64,000 bases of DNA from an uncultured Phycisphaerales bacterium (GTDB lineage Bacteria > Planctomycetota > Phycisphaerae > Tepidisphaerales > Tepidisphaeraceae), in NCBI GenBank assembly GCA_963758525.1, contig CAVWVQ010000003.1, positions 4,000,001 to 4,064,000 on the forward strand. The letters are read 5' to 3'. The translations under genes and the position numbers were made by a program. Under the pieces are notes generated by a model, which made no database searches, was not told the origin of the DNA, and saw only the letters and a list, made by a program, of their open reading frames with translations. Below are positions 53,484-62,959 of this stretch, in pieces (the stretch's first letter is position 1; each line of letters begins with the position of its first letter).

Positions 53484-53906
53484 TCAGTCGAATAACGGCG
53501 CCGGTCGCCGCGCCGGGGTCTTCTCGCGAGGACCCTGTATCGGACGGACGAAACTCGCGCTGACCACGCAAAGGTCGCTCGCGAGCGGCTGCCAATAGGT
53601 GATGGCACAGAGCATCGCGGGGGCGTTTGAGGATTTTGGCAACTGAAGGATGAATTGCTCACCGTCCAGCCAGTAGTTGCCGTCAACAAACACCACGCCG
53701 CTGGCGGTCACGCTGCGAAGCGAGACGCTCCACGCCCGCTGGCGCGAGCCATTGGAGCACGGGCGAACCCTTCCACGGGCGGCGAGAACCGCGCGTGGCG
53801 GCCGACTGACCGGGCACGGCTCGCGCCCGATTCGGAAGGCGGGATTAAATTGCTCGAATTGCAGGCTCTTGACGGCCTGCTTCAGCACATCCTCCGACAA
53901 ACGCAT
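53484..53906 (-). CDS. Hypothetical protein, possibly a degenerate PilZ-like beta-barrel
   Basis: SVSLRSVTASGV, GEQFILQL and LCAITYW...SASF resemble PilZ strands, but there is no clear RxxxR or DxSxxG. Confidence 0.5.
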   Translation of the reverse strand: MRLSEDVLKQAVKSLQFEQFNPAFRIGREPCPVSRPPRAVLAARGRVRPCSNGSRQRAWSVSLRSVTASGVVFVDGNYWLDGEQFILQLPKSSNAPAMLCAITYWQPLASDLCVVSASFVRPIQGPREKTPARRPAPLFD

Positions 53907-54138
53907 ACAAAACCTCCACAACCGTTTCTGATCCGCGCACGCGCCAGCCCGCATTGCGCGGTGCACCCAGGACGAATGTCGCCTGCTCGATCCGCCAAAC
54001 CCAAGGCGGTAACCCAGGAATCCGCAGCCCAAATCTCCGCGCCGTCAAGTGCCGCAGCAGGAATGCGCGGCACTCACCGGTATCGGATATTACGCATCAG
54101 CGAATCGGACGGTTCGATTGCATCGATCGTCCCGAGCG

Positions 54139-55485
54139 TTATTTGCTGAGCATCGTTCGCTCGATGAACCCCGTGTCGACGTCGCCGCTCTGGAAGTTCT
54201 GATTGTCCATGATCTGCAGCAGCAACGGAATCGTGGTTTTTATCGGCGAAACATGAAATTCCGTCAACGCCCGCCGCATGGTGGCAATCGCCTCGACACG
54301 AGTCGGGCGATGCACGATCAGTTTGCCGATCATGCTGTCATAATTCGGCGGGATGCGATATCCGGCATAAACGTGAGAATCGATTCGCACGCCGGGCCCG
54401 CCCGGAAGCCGCAGTTCCTGGATGACGCCCGGACAGGGTGCGAAATTCCGCTCCGGGTCTTCGGCGTTGATGCGGCACTCGATGGCATGTCCCGCCCGCG
54501 GAACCTGATCCTGCGAAAAGCCGAGCTTTTCGCCGGCGGCAATCCGAATCTGCTGCTTGATCAGATCGAATCCGGTAACGGCCTCGGTCACGGGATGCTC
54601 CACCTGGATGCGGGCATTCACTTCAAGCAGATAAAAGTTCTGCTCGCCGTCAACGAGAAATTCCACGGTTCCCGCGTTGGTGTATCCCGCTTTCTGAATC
54701 AAGCGCACGGCCGCGGCGCACAAGGCATCGCGGACTTTGGGGCGAAGCCTGGGGCTGGGGGATTCCTCCACGAGCTTCTGATGCCGTCGTTGCAGCGAGC
54801 AATCCCGCTCCCAGAGATGAACGGCATTGCCATGTTGGTCGGCAAGGATCTGCACTTCGACATGCCGGCCGAACTCGACGTATTTCTCGATATAGACCGT
54901 GGAATCCTTGAATGCGTTCTCCGCCTCGGATTGCGCCTGGCGGAGCCCGGCCTGGAGGGAAACGTCGTTGTGGGCGATGCGCATCCCGCGCCCGCCGCCG
55001 CCTGCGGCAGCTTTAATGATCACGGGGTATCCGATTTCGCGCGCCACTTTGAGTGCAGTCTTGTCATCGCCGACAGCGCCTTCGCTCCCCGGCACCGTCG
55101 GCACCTTCGCTTTCCTGGCGAGCCGCTTGGCTTCCACCTTGTCTCCAAGCGCGGCCATCGCGGCTACGGGCGGGCCGATGAATTCGATCTTGCAGCTTCG
55201 GCAGACGTCCGCGAAGTGGTCGTTCTCCGCCAGAAATCCATATCCGGGATGAATTGCCTGTACATCGGCGATTTCCGCCGCCGCGATGATTCGATCGATC
55301 TTAAGATAGCTCTCTGAAGGAGGCGCCTCGCCGATGCAGATCGCCTGGTCGGCAAATTGAAGATACGCCGCATCTCGATCGGCGACGGAGTAGACCACCG
55401 CCGTCTGAATGCCCATTTCACGGCACGCACGGATGATGCGCAGCGCAATCTCGCCGCGATTGGCTATGAGAATCTTGGAAAACAT
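54139..55485 (-). CDS. accC: Acetyl-CoA carboxylase, biotin carboxylase subunit
   Basis: [40 protein letters not shown] and [10 protein letters not shown]. Confidence 0.97.
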   Translation of the reverse strand: MFSKILIANRGEIALRIIRACREMGIQTAVVYSVADRDAAYLQFADQAICIGEAPPSESYLKIDRIIAAAEIADVQAIHPGYGFLAENDHFADVCRSCKIEFIGPPVAAMAALGDKVEAKRLARKAKVPTVPGSEGAVGDDKTALKVAREIGYPVIIKAAAGGGGRGMRIAHNDVSLQAGLRQAQSEAENAFKDSTVYIEKYVEFGRHVEVQILADQHGNAVHLWERDCSLQRRHQKLVEESPSPRLRPKVRDALCAAAVRLIQKAGYTNAGTVEFLVDGEQNFYLLEVNARIQVEHPVTEAVTGFDLIKQQIRIAAGEKLGFSQDQVPRAGHAIECRINAEDPERNFAPCPGVIQELRLPGGPGVRIDSHVYAGYRIPPNYDSMIGKLIVHRPTRVEAIATMRRALTEFHVSPIKTTIPLLLQIMDNQNFQSGDVDTGFIERTMLSK

Positions 55486-56012
55486 TACTTGGGTTTGACC
55501 AGGAAAAGCACCGTGCCGTACTCGACCGGCTGACCGTCCTCGACGCAGACCTTGTGGATGGTGCCGCGAACACCGGCCTGATGGGGGTTGAACATCTTCA
55601 TCGCCTCGATGATGCACACGTCGGTCTGCTCATCGACTTCGCTGCCCACTTTCACGAAGGGCGCCTCCCCTTGCTTGGGAGCCTTGTAAAAAGTGCCGGG
55701 CATCGGGCTGGTGATCTTCAGCAATCCGGCATCGTCCGCGGGCGCCGCGCTGGGGGCGGCCGATGAAGACGGGCTCGGCGGCGCTGCCGCCGGAGGCGGA
55801 GCGATCGGCGCCGCGCTCGTCGACTGCGAAATTCCCACCGCGCCGCGCTTGAGCGTGACGCGCTGATTGCCTTCGCGGAGTTCGATCGTGTTCAGATCGT
55901 TGGCGGCCATGAGCTTCACCAGTTTTTCCAGCAGCGAGACATCCATCGGGCTGCCGGAGATCGCGGCGCGCGCCGCCGGTGACGGGCTCTTTTTCGGACG
56001 TTTTTCACTCAA
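55485..56012 (-). CDS. accB: Biotin carboxyl carrier protein (start uncertain, 55946-56027)
   Basis: SPMPGTFY, biotinylation motif EAMKM and an Ala/Pro linker. Confidence 0.95.
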   Translation of the reverse strand: MSEKRPKKSPSPAARAAISGSPMDVSLLEKLVKLMAANDLNTIELREGNQRVTLKRGAVGISQSTSAAPIAPPPAAAPPSPSSSAAPSAAPADDAGLLKITSPMPGTFYKAPKQGEAPFVKVGSEVDEQTDVCIIEAMKMFNPHQAGVRGTIHKVCVEDGQPVEYGTVLFLVKPK

Positions 56013-57141
56013 GATGGCACCCTTCAAAGCTCCGGTCGAGTGTCGAGAGCACTTCGTGTCCGGAGTGTGTAATCAAAACATCATCCTCAATGCGAACGCC
56101 TCCCTCGCCGGGCAGATAAATTCCCGGCTCGACCGTGACAATCATGCCCGGCCGAAGCTCATCCTCTCCGCCGTTCTTCCGCATGGTCGGTAGTTCGTGA
56201 ATCTCGCGGCCAATACCGTGCCCCAGTCCGTGACCGAACTGTTTGCCGAATCCCGCTTTTTCGATGACGCCGCGCCCGACGCGGTCAGCCTGCAACGTGG
56301 TCACGCCGGGCCGAAGGAAGGCGATCGCCGCCTGCTGCGCCTCCAGCACGACGCTGTAGATCGTTTTCATCCGCGCGCTCACCCGGCCGATCATCAGTGT
56401 CCGGGTGAGATCGCTGCAGTATCCCTTGTAGATGGCGCCCCAGTCGAACAGCAGCGGGGCATCACGCTGAACCAGGACCTCGCCCGGCCGATAGTGCGGC
56501 AGCGAACTGTTTGCTCCCGTGGCGACAATCGCCGGGAAACTGCTGTCAGACGCCCCGCGGGACCGCAGCTCAAAAACCAGCAGCCCGGCCAGATAATTTT
56601 CCGAAAGGCCGACCTTGATCGCGCTGCGGATCGCCTCGAATGCCTCCTCGGCCACGCCCACCGATTTGCGAATCAGATCGATTTCGTGATCGTCCTTCAC
56701 CTTGCGGACGTTGGTCATCACGTCCTCGAGCGGGACCAGTTCGACCGGCTTGGCGTCTTTGATTGCGTGAACGGCGCGATCGAGCGCATGCACCTGTCCG
56801 AATGCCGTGAAGTTCGCCTCGAAGCCGACGCGCGTCACCGTCGCTTCCACCAGCGCCTTGGCCAGTGCGTCCGACATTTTCCCCTCGCGCATCCTGACCT
56901 TCAGCCAGCCGGCTTCCTGCTCGGCCTGCTCCTGATATCGGAAGTCGGTGACGAGGATGAATTCCTTCTCAGTGAGCAGTCCGACCGAATCGTCGCCGGT
57001 AAAGTTCGTCAGATACGCCAGGTCCGGCGCGTGCGTGAGAAGCAGTCCGTCCAGCTTGAGCGCCTTCATGGCGTCGCGGACGCGCTTCTGCCGCACCTTC
57101 AAATATGCTTTGGCCCGACTGACTACCGTGGTCGCTACCAT
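56005..57141 (-). CDS. Xaa-Pro aminopeptidase (M24B)
   Basis: TDFRY, GYCSDLTRT, HGLGHGIG, TVEPGIY and GVRIEDD. Confidence 0.93.
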   Translation of the reverse strand: MVATTVVSRAKAYLKVRQKRVRDAMKALKLDGLLLTHAPDLAYLTNFTGDDSVGLLTEKEFILVTDFRYQEQAEQEAGWLKVRMREGKMSDALAKALVEATVTRVGFEANFTAFGQVHALDRAVHAIKDAKPVELVPLEDVMTNVRKVKDDHEIDLIRKSVGVAEEAFEAIRSAIKVGLSENYLAGLLVFELRSRGASDSSFPAIVATGANSSLPHYRPGEVLVQRDAPLLFDWGAIYKGYCSDLTRTLMIGRVSARMKTIYSVVLEAQQAAIAFLRPGVTTLQADRVGRGVIEKAGFGKQFGHGLGHGIGREIHELPTMRKNGGEDELRPGMIVTVEPGIYLPGEGGVRIEDDVLITHSGHEVLSTLDRSFEGCHLE

Positions 57142-57399
57142 CCTGGAGACTCACCTTCCGTCCGCTCTGCGGGAAAAGAGTGCAAACGGTAATGGAATTC
57201 GCCGGGTCCTGTCAATTGACGGCGGTTTTGGATCGACGATGAGCGGCGATGGGGGGCCGATGCGGGCCGGTGGGGGCGTGCTCGTTTTTACTTCCCCCTC
57301 CCCTGGTACTCCGGGGGAGAACTCCCGGAAGATCGGGCACTTCGGCATTGCGCAGGTTGTCTGTGTCCGAACAGGCGGTAAGCTACTAAATTGGATGAG

Positions 57400-57699
57400 A
57401 TGACTGCCGTAGCCGCAAGACTATTGGACGAATTCGAAAAGCTCGCCCCCGAAGAGCAATTGCTCGTTCGCGAACGCGTCATCTCCCTGACTGAAAGCGT
57501 GCAGCATAAAGCGATTCAATACCTGCGCGGCGCAAGCCAGGGAAAAGGGCTGCTGTTCAAACTTCTGATTGAGCGAGCAGGGGAGCGCGAGCGCGGCTGG
57601 GGACATCGTCCTCGATACTTCGCTCTGGCCGACAACGAGGCGGGCGCGGACCGACGGCAGGCATCAATCGTGAAGCAGATAATGCTCCCACCAAAGTAA
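57400..57699 (+). pseudogene. Degenerate toxin-antitoxin module (antitoxin-like ORF running into a PIN-toxin remnant)
   Basis: A small helical ORF, followed by out-of-frame IVLDTS (57605) and then LADNEAGADR, resembling a VapC N-terminus. Confidence 0.55.
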
Positions 57700-57737
57700 G
57701 GATCCGAACAGCAATCAAATCCTCTTGATGACGAGGA

Positions 57738-58604
57738 TTACGTTGCCTTATCCAGCTCCCGCATCTGCTCGTCGGTCAACCGCACATCCCCGGCGGCGCA
57801 GTTTTCCTCCAGGTGCTTCACGGTGGAGGTCCCGGGGATGGGGAGCATGACGGGCGATTTTTTCAGCAGCCAGGCGATGGCGATCTGGGCGGGCGTGGCG
57901 TTGTCGGCTTTGGCGGCGCGGTCGACGGGGCCGCCGGTCTGGGCGAGCTTGCCGCTGGCGATGGGGAACCAGGGGATGAAGCCGATCTTCTCGGTGGTGC
58001 ACCAGGTAAGCACCGGCTCCGAGCCGCGGTCGGTCAGGTTATAGCGGTTTTGCACCGTCGCGATTGGCACAATCTTGCGAGCGGCTTTGATGTCGTCGAC
58101 CGAGACCTCACTCAGCCCGACGTGACGGACTTTCCCTTGCTTCTGCAGGTCGCGGAGCAGGCCGAACTGTTCGTCGGCAGGCACTTTGGGATCGATGCGG
58201 TGGAGTTGGAAGAGGTCGATCGTGTCAACGCCAAGGCGGCGCAGGCTCATCTCGCACTCCTGCCGAAGGTATTCGGGCCGGCCCACCGGATGCCACTGGT
58301 CAGGGCCGGTCCGAACGAGGCCGGCTTTGGTGGCAATCAGCAGATCATCGGAATACGGATGCAGCGCTTCGCGGATCAATTCTTCAGCGACGTATGGGCC
58401 GTAGCTGTCGGCAGTGTCGATCAGATTCACGCCGAGCTCGACGGCGCGCTGCAGAACGCGAATCGCTTCGTCGTGATCCTTCGGCGCTCCCCAGACGCCT
58501 TTGCCCGTCAGCTGCATCGAGCCGTAGCCGAGCCGATGGACGGTCTTATCTCCCAGTTGAAAAGTGCCGCTGGATTCGATGGATGAGGCAGTTGCATTTG
58601 TCAT
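57738..58604 (-). CDS. Aldo/keto reductase
   Basis: RLGYGSMQLTG, IDTADSYGP, DLFQLHRID, GLSEV and PIPGTS. Confidence 0.92.
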   Translation of the reverse strand: MTNATASSIESSGTFQLGDKTVHRLGYGSMQLTGKGVWGAPKDHDEAIRVLQRAVELGVNLIDTADSYGPYVAEELIREALHPYSDDLLIATKAGLVRTGPDQWHPVGRPEYLRQECEMSLRRLGVDTIDLFQLHRIDPKVPADEQFGLLRDLQKQGKVRHVGLSEVSVDDIKAARKIVPIATVQNRYNLTDRGSEPVLTWCTTEKIGFIPWFPIASGKLAQTGGPVDRAAKADNATPAQIAIAWLLKKSPVMLPIPGTSTVKHLEENCAAGDVRLTDEQMRELDKAT

Positions 58605-58754
58605 GTTGGACTCTCCTTCGGCGCATCGTAGGACCCGCGAGAACGGAGATTCAAGTGGCAGGCTCGACACCGTAACGATACAGCAGCCTGGCGTTCGGCG
58701 ATGCCAAACGGCCGTACGCGATCCCGTCGGGTCCGCAGTAACCGAGAAATGCAG

Positions 58755-58850
58755 AACACGAATCGACACGAATTCGCACGAATCTCCATGAAGCAGATTT
58801 CCTCGCGTTTATTCGTGAGATTCGTGTGTTGTTCGTGCAGATTCGTGTTC
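58755..58850. repeat. Inverted short-repeat cluster CACGAAT / ATTCGTG
   Basis: Three CACGAAT copies at 10-nt spacing, mirrored by four (A/G)TTCGTG copies. Confidence 0.8.
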
Positions 58851-59027
58851 CTCTTCATGGACTCGCGCGGAACCGCGGATTGACAGCGCGTGTTTGCGTA
58901 ATGTCCGTTTAGATACACGGCCGCCGTTTATACACCCCGCGTGCTTGCGAAAAATCCTTGGAAGACTGATGCTACTTGCCGTTGTCGGTTGACGCCTTTC
59001 GGGCCGGTGGCTCAAAGGAAGTGACCT

Positions 59028-59762
59028 ATGACCACGCAATGGGTTCTCGGTTGGTGGAACCTGATCTTCATCATGCCTTTCGGGCTGGGGCTCTTGTACC
59101 TCGGGCTCTACACGATCAGCGGCTGGACGTTCGGCGAGGCCGGCGCCGATGCTGGAATCGACCATGATGTCGACGTTCATCTGGACGCGGCTGGACACAT
59201 GTCGTTCGAGCATGACGTCGATGCCGGCGATGCTTCGGCGGAGACTCACCTCGATGGGCACGACGCGGAGGCGAACGGGCCAGGCGGATCATCCTCGCTG
59301 CTGGCGGCGCTCGGTTGGCTCGGCGTCGGCCGGGTTCCGCTGAGCCTGGTGTTGATGGTGCTCATGCTCTCCTGGGGCGCGATCGGTTTCTCGGCGAATC
59401 GACTGATGATGGGGCGCGCAATCGAAGAGTCTTTCCCGATCGCGCTGGTGATTGCCGTTTCCGGCAGCGTGATGATCACGCGCGTCGTCAGCGCGCTGGT
59501 CGGGCGATTTCTGCCGACAAATGAAACGTATGCGCGGCGGCGGCATGAGCTGCTCGGGTCGGTCGCGGAGGCGTTGTATCCGATCGATTCGACATTCGGC
59601 ATGGCATGCGGGCGCGATGCCGGCGGGCAGCCGTTTCAGGTTGCCTGCCGGACTGAAGAGGGGCGTCCGCCCGTCGCCAAAGGGGTTCACATCAAACTGG
59701 TTGGCTATACCGCGAAGGATCGGCTGTTCTACGTCGTTCCCGCGAACGGAGATAAATCATGA
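59028..59762 (+). CDS. YqiJ/NfeD-like membrane partner of flotillin
   Basis: TM helices, a His/Asp-rich loop, WLGVGRVPL and a C-terminal OB-fold-like region. Overlaps the flotillin start. Confidence 0.8.
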   Translation: MTTQWVLGWWNLIFIMPFGLGLLYLGLYTISGWTFGEAGADAGIDHDVDVHLDAAGHMSFEHDVDAGDASAETHLDGHDAEANGPGGSSSLLAALGWLGVGRVPLSLVLMVLMLSWGAIGFSANRLMMGRAIEESFPIALVIAVSGSVMITRVVSALVGRFLPTNETYARRRHELLGSVAEALYPIDSTFGMACGRDAGGQPFQVACRTEEGRPPVAKGVHIKLVGYTAKDRLFYVVPANGDKS

Positions 59763-61684
59763 TGCTCGTACTCTTTTTTCTCGTCGGGGCGGTGCTGGCG
59801 ATCGGGCCGTGGTTCCTGCCGCAACTGGGGTCTTCGGCGCAGGTGGCCATGACCGGCGCGGGGCTGGTGGTGCTGATCATCGTCTCGATTGCCGCGGTGA
59901 TCACCAAGCTCTATCGCAAGGCGTCTGCCAACATGGCGTTTGTCCGCACCGGCATGGGCGGGGTGCGCGTGATTCAGGACGGCGGCACGATCGTGCTGCC
60001 GGTCGTCCATCAGATGGTCCCCGTTTCCATGGAGACGATGCGGCTCAACGTGGAACGCCGCGGCCCGCATGCGCTGATCACGAAGGACAACCTGCGCGTC
60101 GATCTTTCGGCCGAGTTTTACATCAAGGTTCACGCCAACTCCGATGACATCCTGCAGGCGGCCCGATCGCTGGGCGCCCGCAACGTGCAGCCCGACGCGG
60201 TGAGCGAACTGGTGCAGGAAAAACTCGTCAGCGCACTGCGCACCGTGGCGGCGACGAAGGAGCTTGTCGAACTGCATGCCAAGCGGGATGAATTTGCCAG
60301 CGCCGTGCAGCAGATCGTCACCCACGATCTGTCGAGCAACGGGCTGACGCTCGAATCCGTCACCATCTCCTCGCTCGATCAGACCGATCCGAGCCAATTG
60401 CAGGAGAAGAACGTATTCGACGCGCAAGGCCTGCGGAAGATCGCGGAAATCACGCAGAAGGCGCGCGTGGAACGGAACATCATCGAGCGCGAAGCCGAAC
60501 GGCAGGTGCAGGAGAAGAACGTTGCCACCACCAAAAAAGTACTGGAATTGCAGCGCGACCAGGCGGAGTTCGAAGCCGAGCAGAAGATGAAAGTTGCCAA
60601 CGTCCGCGCTGCTCGCGAGCGCGAGGTGGCGGAGTTCAAGCTGGCGCAGGACGAGTCGATGAGCCGGCGCAACATTGAGAAGATGAAGAATATCGAGACC
60701 AGCGAGGTGGAGCGCACGCTGGCGGTGGAGCAGGCGCAGGTGGCCAAGCAGATCGCATTGATCGCCAAGGTGCGGGAGCAGCAGACCGCCGAGATCATGA
60801 AGAAGCAGACGATCGAGGTGGCCGAGCGAAGCAAGGAGGTGGCGGTTGCGGAAAAAGAGCGCGAACGCGCGACGGCGCAGGCCGAGCAGCTGACGGCCGA
60901 GGCGCAGCGCGAGTCCGCGAAGCAGAAAGTCATCACCGTCCAGGTGAGCAGCGAGGCCGACCGCGAGGCGCAGAAAAAACTCATCGCAGCGCAGCAGGTG
61001 ATCAGCGAAAACAAGATTCGCGAGGAGACCACCGCCGACGTGCAGGCGTACATGGCTGTGAAAAAGGCGGAAGCCGAGCGGCAAGCCGCCGAGGCGATCT
61101 ATCAGGCGAAACTCCGGCTCGCCGAGGGCGACGCGCAGTCGAACGTGAAGCGGGCTGAGGGCGAGCGGGCGATGAAGATGGTGGACATCAACGTCGAGCG
61201 GGAGAAGGTGAACGTGGAGCAGGCCCGCGTTGAAGTCGAACGGCAAAGCCTGGCCAACAAGAGCGAGTTCGAGGAAGCCGCGCTGAAGTTCGAGTTGGAG
61301 AAGCTCCGGATCGACGCGGAAAAAGAGGTTCGCGTTCAGGCCGCGCAGGCGATGGGGAACATGTGGAACAAGGCCCAGGTTCAGCTCTTTGCCGATCCCG
61401 AAACGATGGCCCGGATGAGCAGCCAATTCATGCGTGCCGCCAGCCTGGGGAACGCTGCCGACGGGCTGCTTCGGACCTTGCCGCCGCAGAGCCAGGAGAT
61501 GCTTTCCGGCCTCGCGTCGGCGGTTGCCTCGCAGTTGTCCCCCAAGGCTGCTGCCGCGGTAGCGGAGCACGTAGCCGGGAACGGCGGGGGACACGTCGGG
61601 ATGCCGGTGGCGACGGATGTTCCGCTGACTGCGAAGGCGCCCGCAGAAACACCTTCGACGAGAAAAGAAGGGCGCGCGGGTTAG
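59759..61684 (+). CDS. Flotillin / SPFH (YqiK-like) protein
   Basis: AFVRTGMGG, LITKDNLRVD, GLTLESVTISSLDQT and NVFDAQGL, with an AE-rich coiled coil. Confidence 0.92.
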   Translation: MMLVLFFLVGAVLAIGPWFLPQLGSSAQVAMTGAGLVVLIIVSIAAVITKLYRKASANMAFVRTGMGGVRVIQDGGTIVLPVVHQMVPVSMETMRLNVERRGPHALITKDNLRVDLSAEFYIKVHANSDDILQAARSLGARNVQPDAVSELVQEKLVSALRTVAATKELVELHAKRDEFASAVQQIVTHDLSSNGLTLESVTISSLDQTDPSQLQEKNVFDAQGLRKIAEITQKARVERNIIEREAERQVQEKNVATTKKVLELQRDQAEFEAEQKMKVANVRAAREREVAEFKLAQDESMSRRNIEKMKNIETSEVERTLAVEQAQVAKQIALIAKVREQQTAEIMKKQTIEVAERSKEVAVAEKERERATAQAEQLTAEAQRESAKQKVITVQVSSEADREAQKKLIAAQQVISENKIREETTADVQAYMAVKKAEAERQAAEAIYQAKLRLAEGDAQSNVKRAEGERAMKMVDINVEREKVNVEQARVEVERQSLANKSEFEEAALKFELEKLRIDAEKEVRVQAAQAMGNMWNKAQVQLFADPETMARMSSQFMRAASLGNAADGLLRTLPPQSQEMLSGLASAVASQLSPKAAAAVAEHVAGNGGGHVGMPVATDVPLTAKAPAETPSTRKEGRAG

Positions 61685-61775
61685 AACGACCGGCTGGTGC
61701 GCGAACGCGGAATGCGAGCGGGCTGATAGATCCTGGTTTCCGTTTAGAGGCTGTTTCAGAATTTCGAGCGACCTT

Positions 61776-61892
61776 CCCCCTCTCCCGGTACCCCGGGAGA
61801 GGGCGGGGGTGAGGGTGATTTCGAACGTCAGACGCCGCTGGTCCTCGAAATCACCCTCACCCCAACCCTCTCCCGGAGTACCGGGAGAGGGA
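61776..61892. repeat. Family C palindromic element
   Basis: CCCTCTCCCGGTACCCCGGGAGAGGG..GAGGGTGATTTCGA ... TCGAAATCACCCTCACCCCAACCCTCTCCCGGAGTACCGGGAGAGGG. Confidence 0.92.
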
Positions 61893-61906
61893 GTAATGAA
61901 ACGGAC

Positions 61907-62013
61907 GGTTAGCCGCGACGCGCAGCGGAGCGCGTATTTGTGGGAATCGTGCGAGGGTAACATCGCGTCTTCAGTCGTTCGAATACGCGCTCCGCTGCGC
62001 GTCGCGGCTAACC
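61907..62013. repeat. Family A palindromic element
   Basis: 32-bp arms identical to those at 3222-3328, with a different spacer. Confidence 0.92.
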
Positions 62014-62059
62014 CAACCGCAAATGAGCGTTGTGACGAGTCCGGACGCAAAGGAATCCC

Positions 62060-62474
62060 ATGGGCTGGAAAGAAGATCTCAACTACGGCCTGGCGGCTTT
62101 CGGCGTGCAGATTCCCGCAGCGCTCCCGTTGACGGATTTGCCCGCAAAGCTGCTGGCCGCTCCCGCGCAACACCGCCGGTCTGGTGGCCGCCAGCGCGGT
62201 GCTCTTTTACGCGGCAGAACGGGACCACAACCCCAAGGTGAACGACATCTGGGACGCGTTTGTCTATTGCTCGACGTGCCTCAGCGTCGGCTACGGCGAC
62301 ATCTTCGCAAAAACCCCCGTCGGCAAGATCCTCGGCAGCGCCTTGATGACGATCGGCCCGGCGCTCTCCGGCGCCGCGCTCGACAGCGCGGGCGCTCAAG
62401 GTCACGACGCGCTGCAGGCCGAAATTCTCGCGACCCTCAGGGCGATCCTGGCGGAGTTGCAGGTTGCACGTTGA
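62060..62474 (+). CDS. Minimal two-TM potassium-channel-family protein (frameshift near 62168)
   Basis: AE...NPKVNDIWDAF, filter SVGYGD and TPVGKILG. Confidence 0.8.
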
Positions 62475-62959
62475 CTGCGTGAACGGTTGATTTGTGCCGC
62501 GAGTCGTTCCATCAAACTCTCCGACTAGAGACCGCTCGCAACTGATCACCCGGCGCGATCAACTCATGCATCAACATCTCCATGCTGGGGGATGCGAATT
62601 TTGGATTTGTCATCGAACTTACCTTGCCTGGCCCGAATCCTGCGAAATTCTCGCCTTCAGCGCATCCGCGCTGGACATGGAAAGCGTTTGTCCGCCGAGA
62701 AGGATCGCCGCTCCCGGTCTGTTGTCGTAGATCGGCTGCCGCAATTGGGAAATGCAGGCGTCAAGGGCAGACCCGGACGGAAAGCCCGCTCCCCACGGAT
62801 GCCGTCGAAAAATCAGGCGCACCCGCGCGCGATGGATGTCAATTAATTGGCATAACCGAGGGCACTTCGGTAGAGTCTTTGCGGCCACGTATTCGAGGTA
62901 CGAGGGAAGCGTAACGTCACCTTCCACAGCAGACTCACAACTCAGGGATTTTACAGCAA

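Noticed and set aside
61745..61763. Possible IS5-like terminal repeat TAGAGGCTGTTTCAGAATT
   Set aside because: No partner end or transposase was found in the window.
59729..62173. Long antisense ORFs (also 27723-29918, 7047-8843, 47300-48952 and 54049-55317)
   Set aside because: Shadow ORFs opposite well-supported genes, as expected in high-GC DNA.
62755..62815. c-di-GMP-I riboswitch upstream of the LEPR-XLL gene
   Set aside because: GGGCAGACCCGGACGGAAAGCC is only loosely similar and lacks the expected GAAA-capped stem. An Infernal/Rfam search would be needed.
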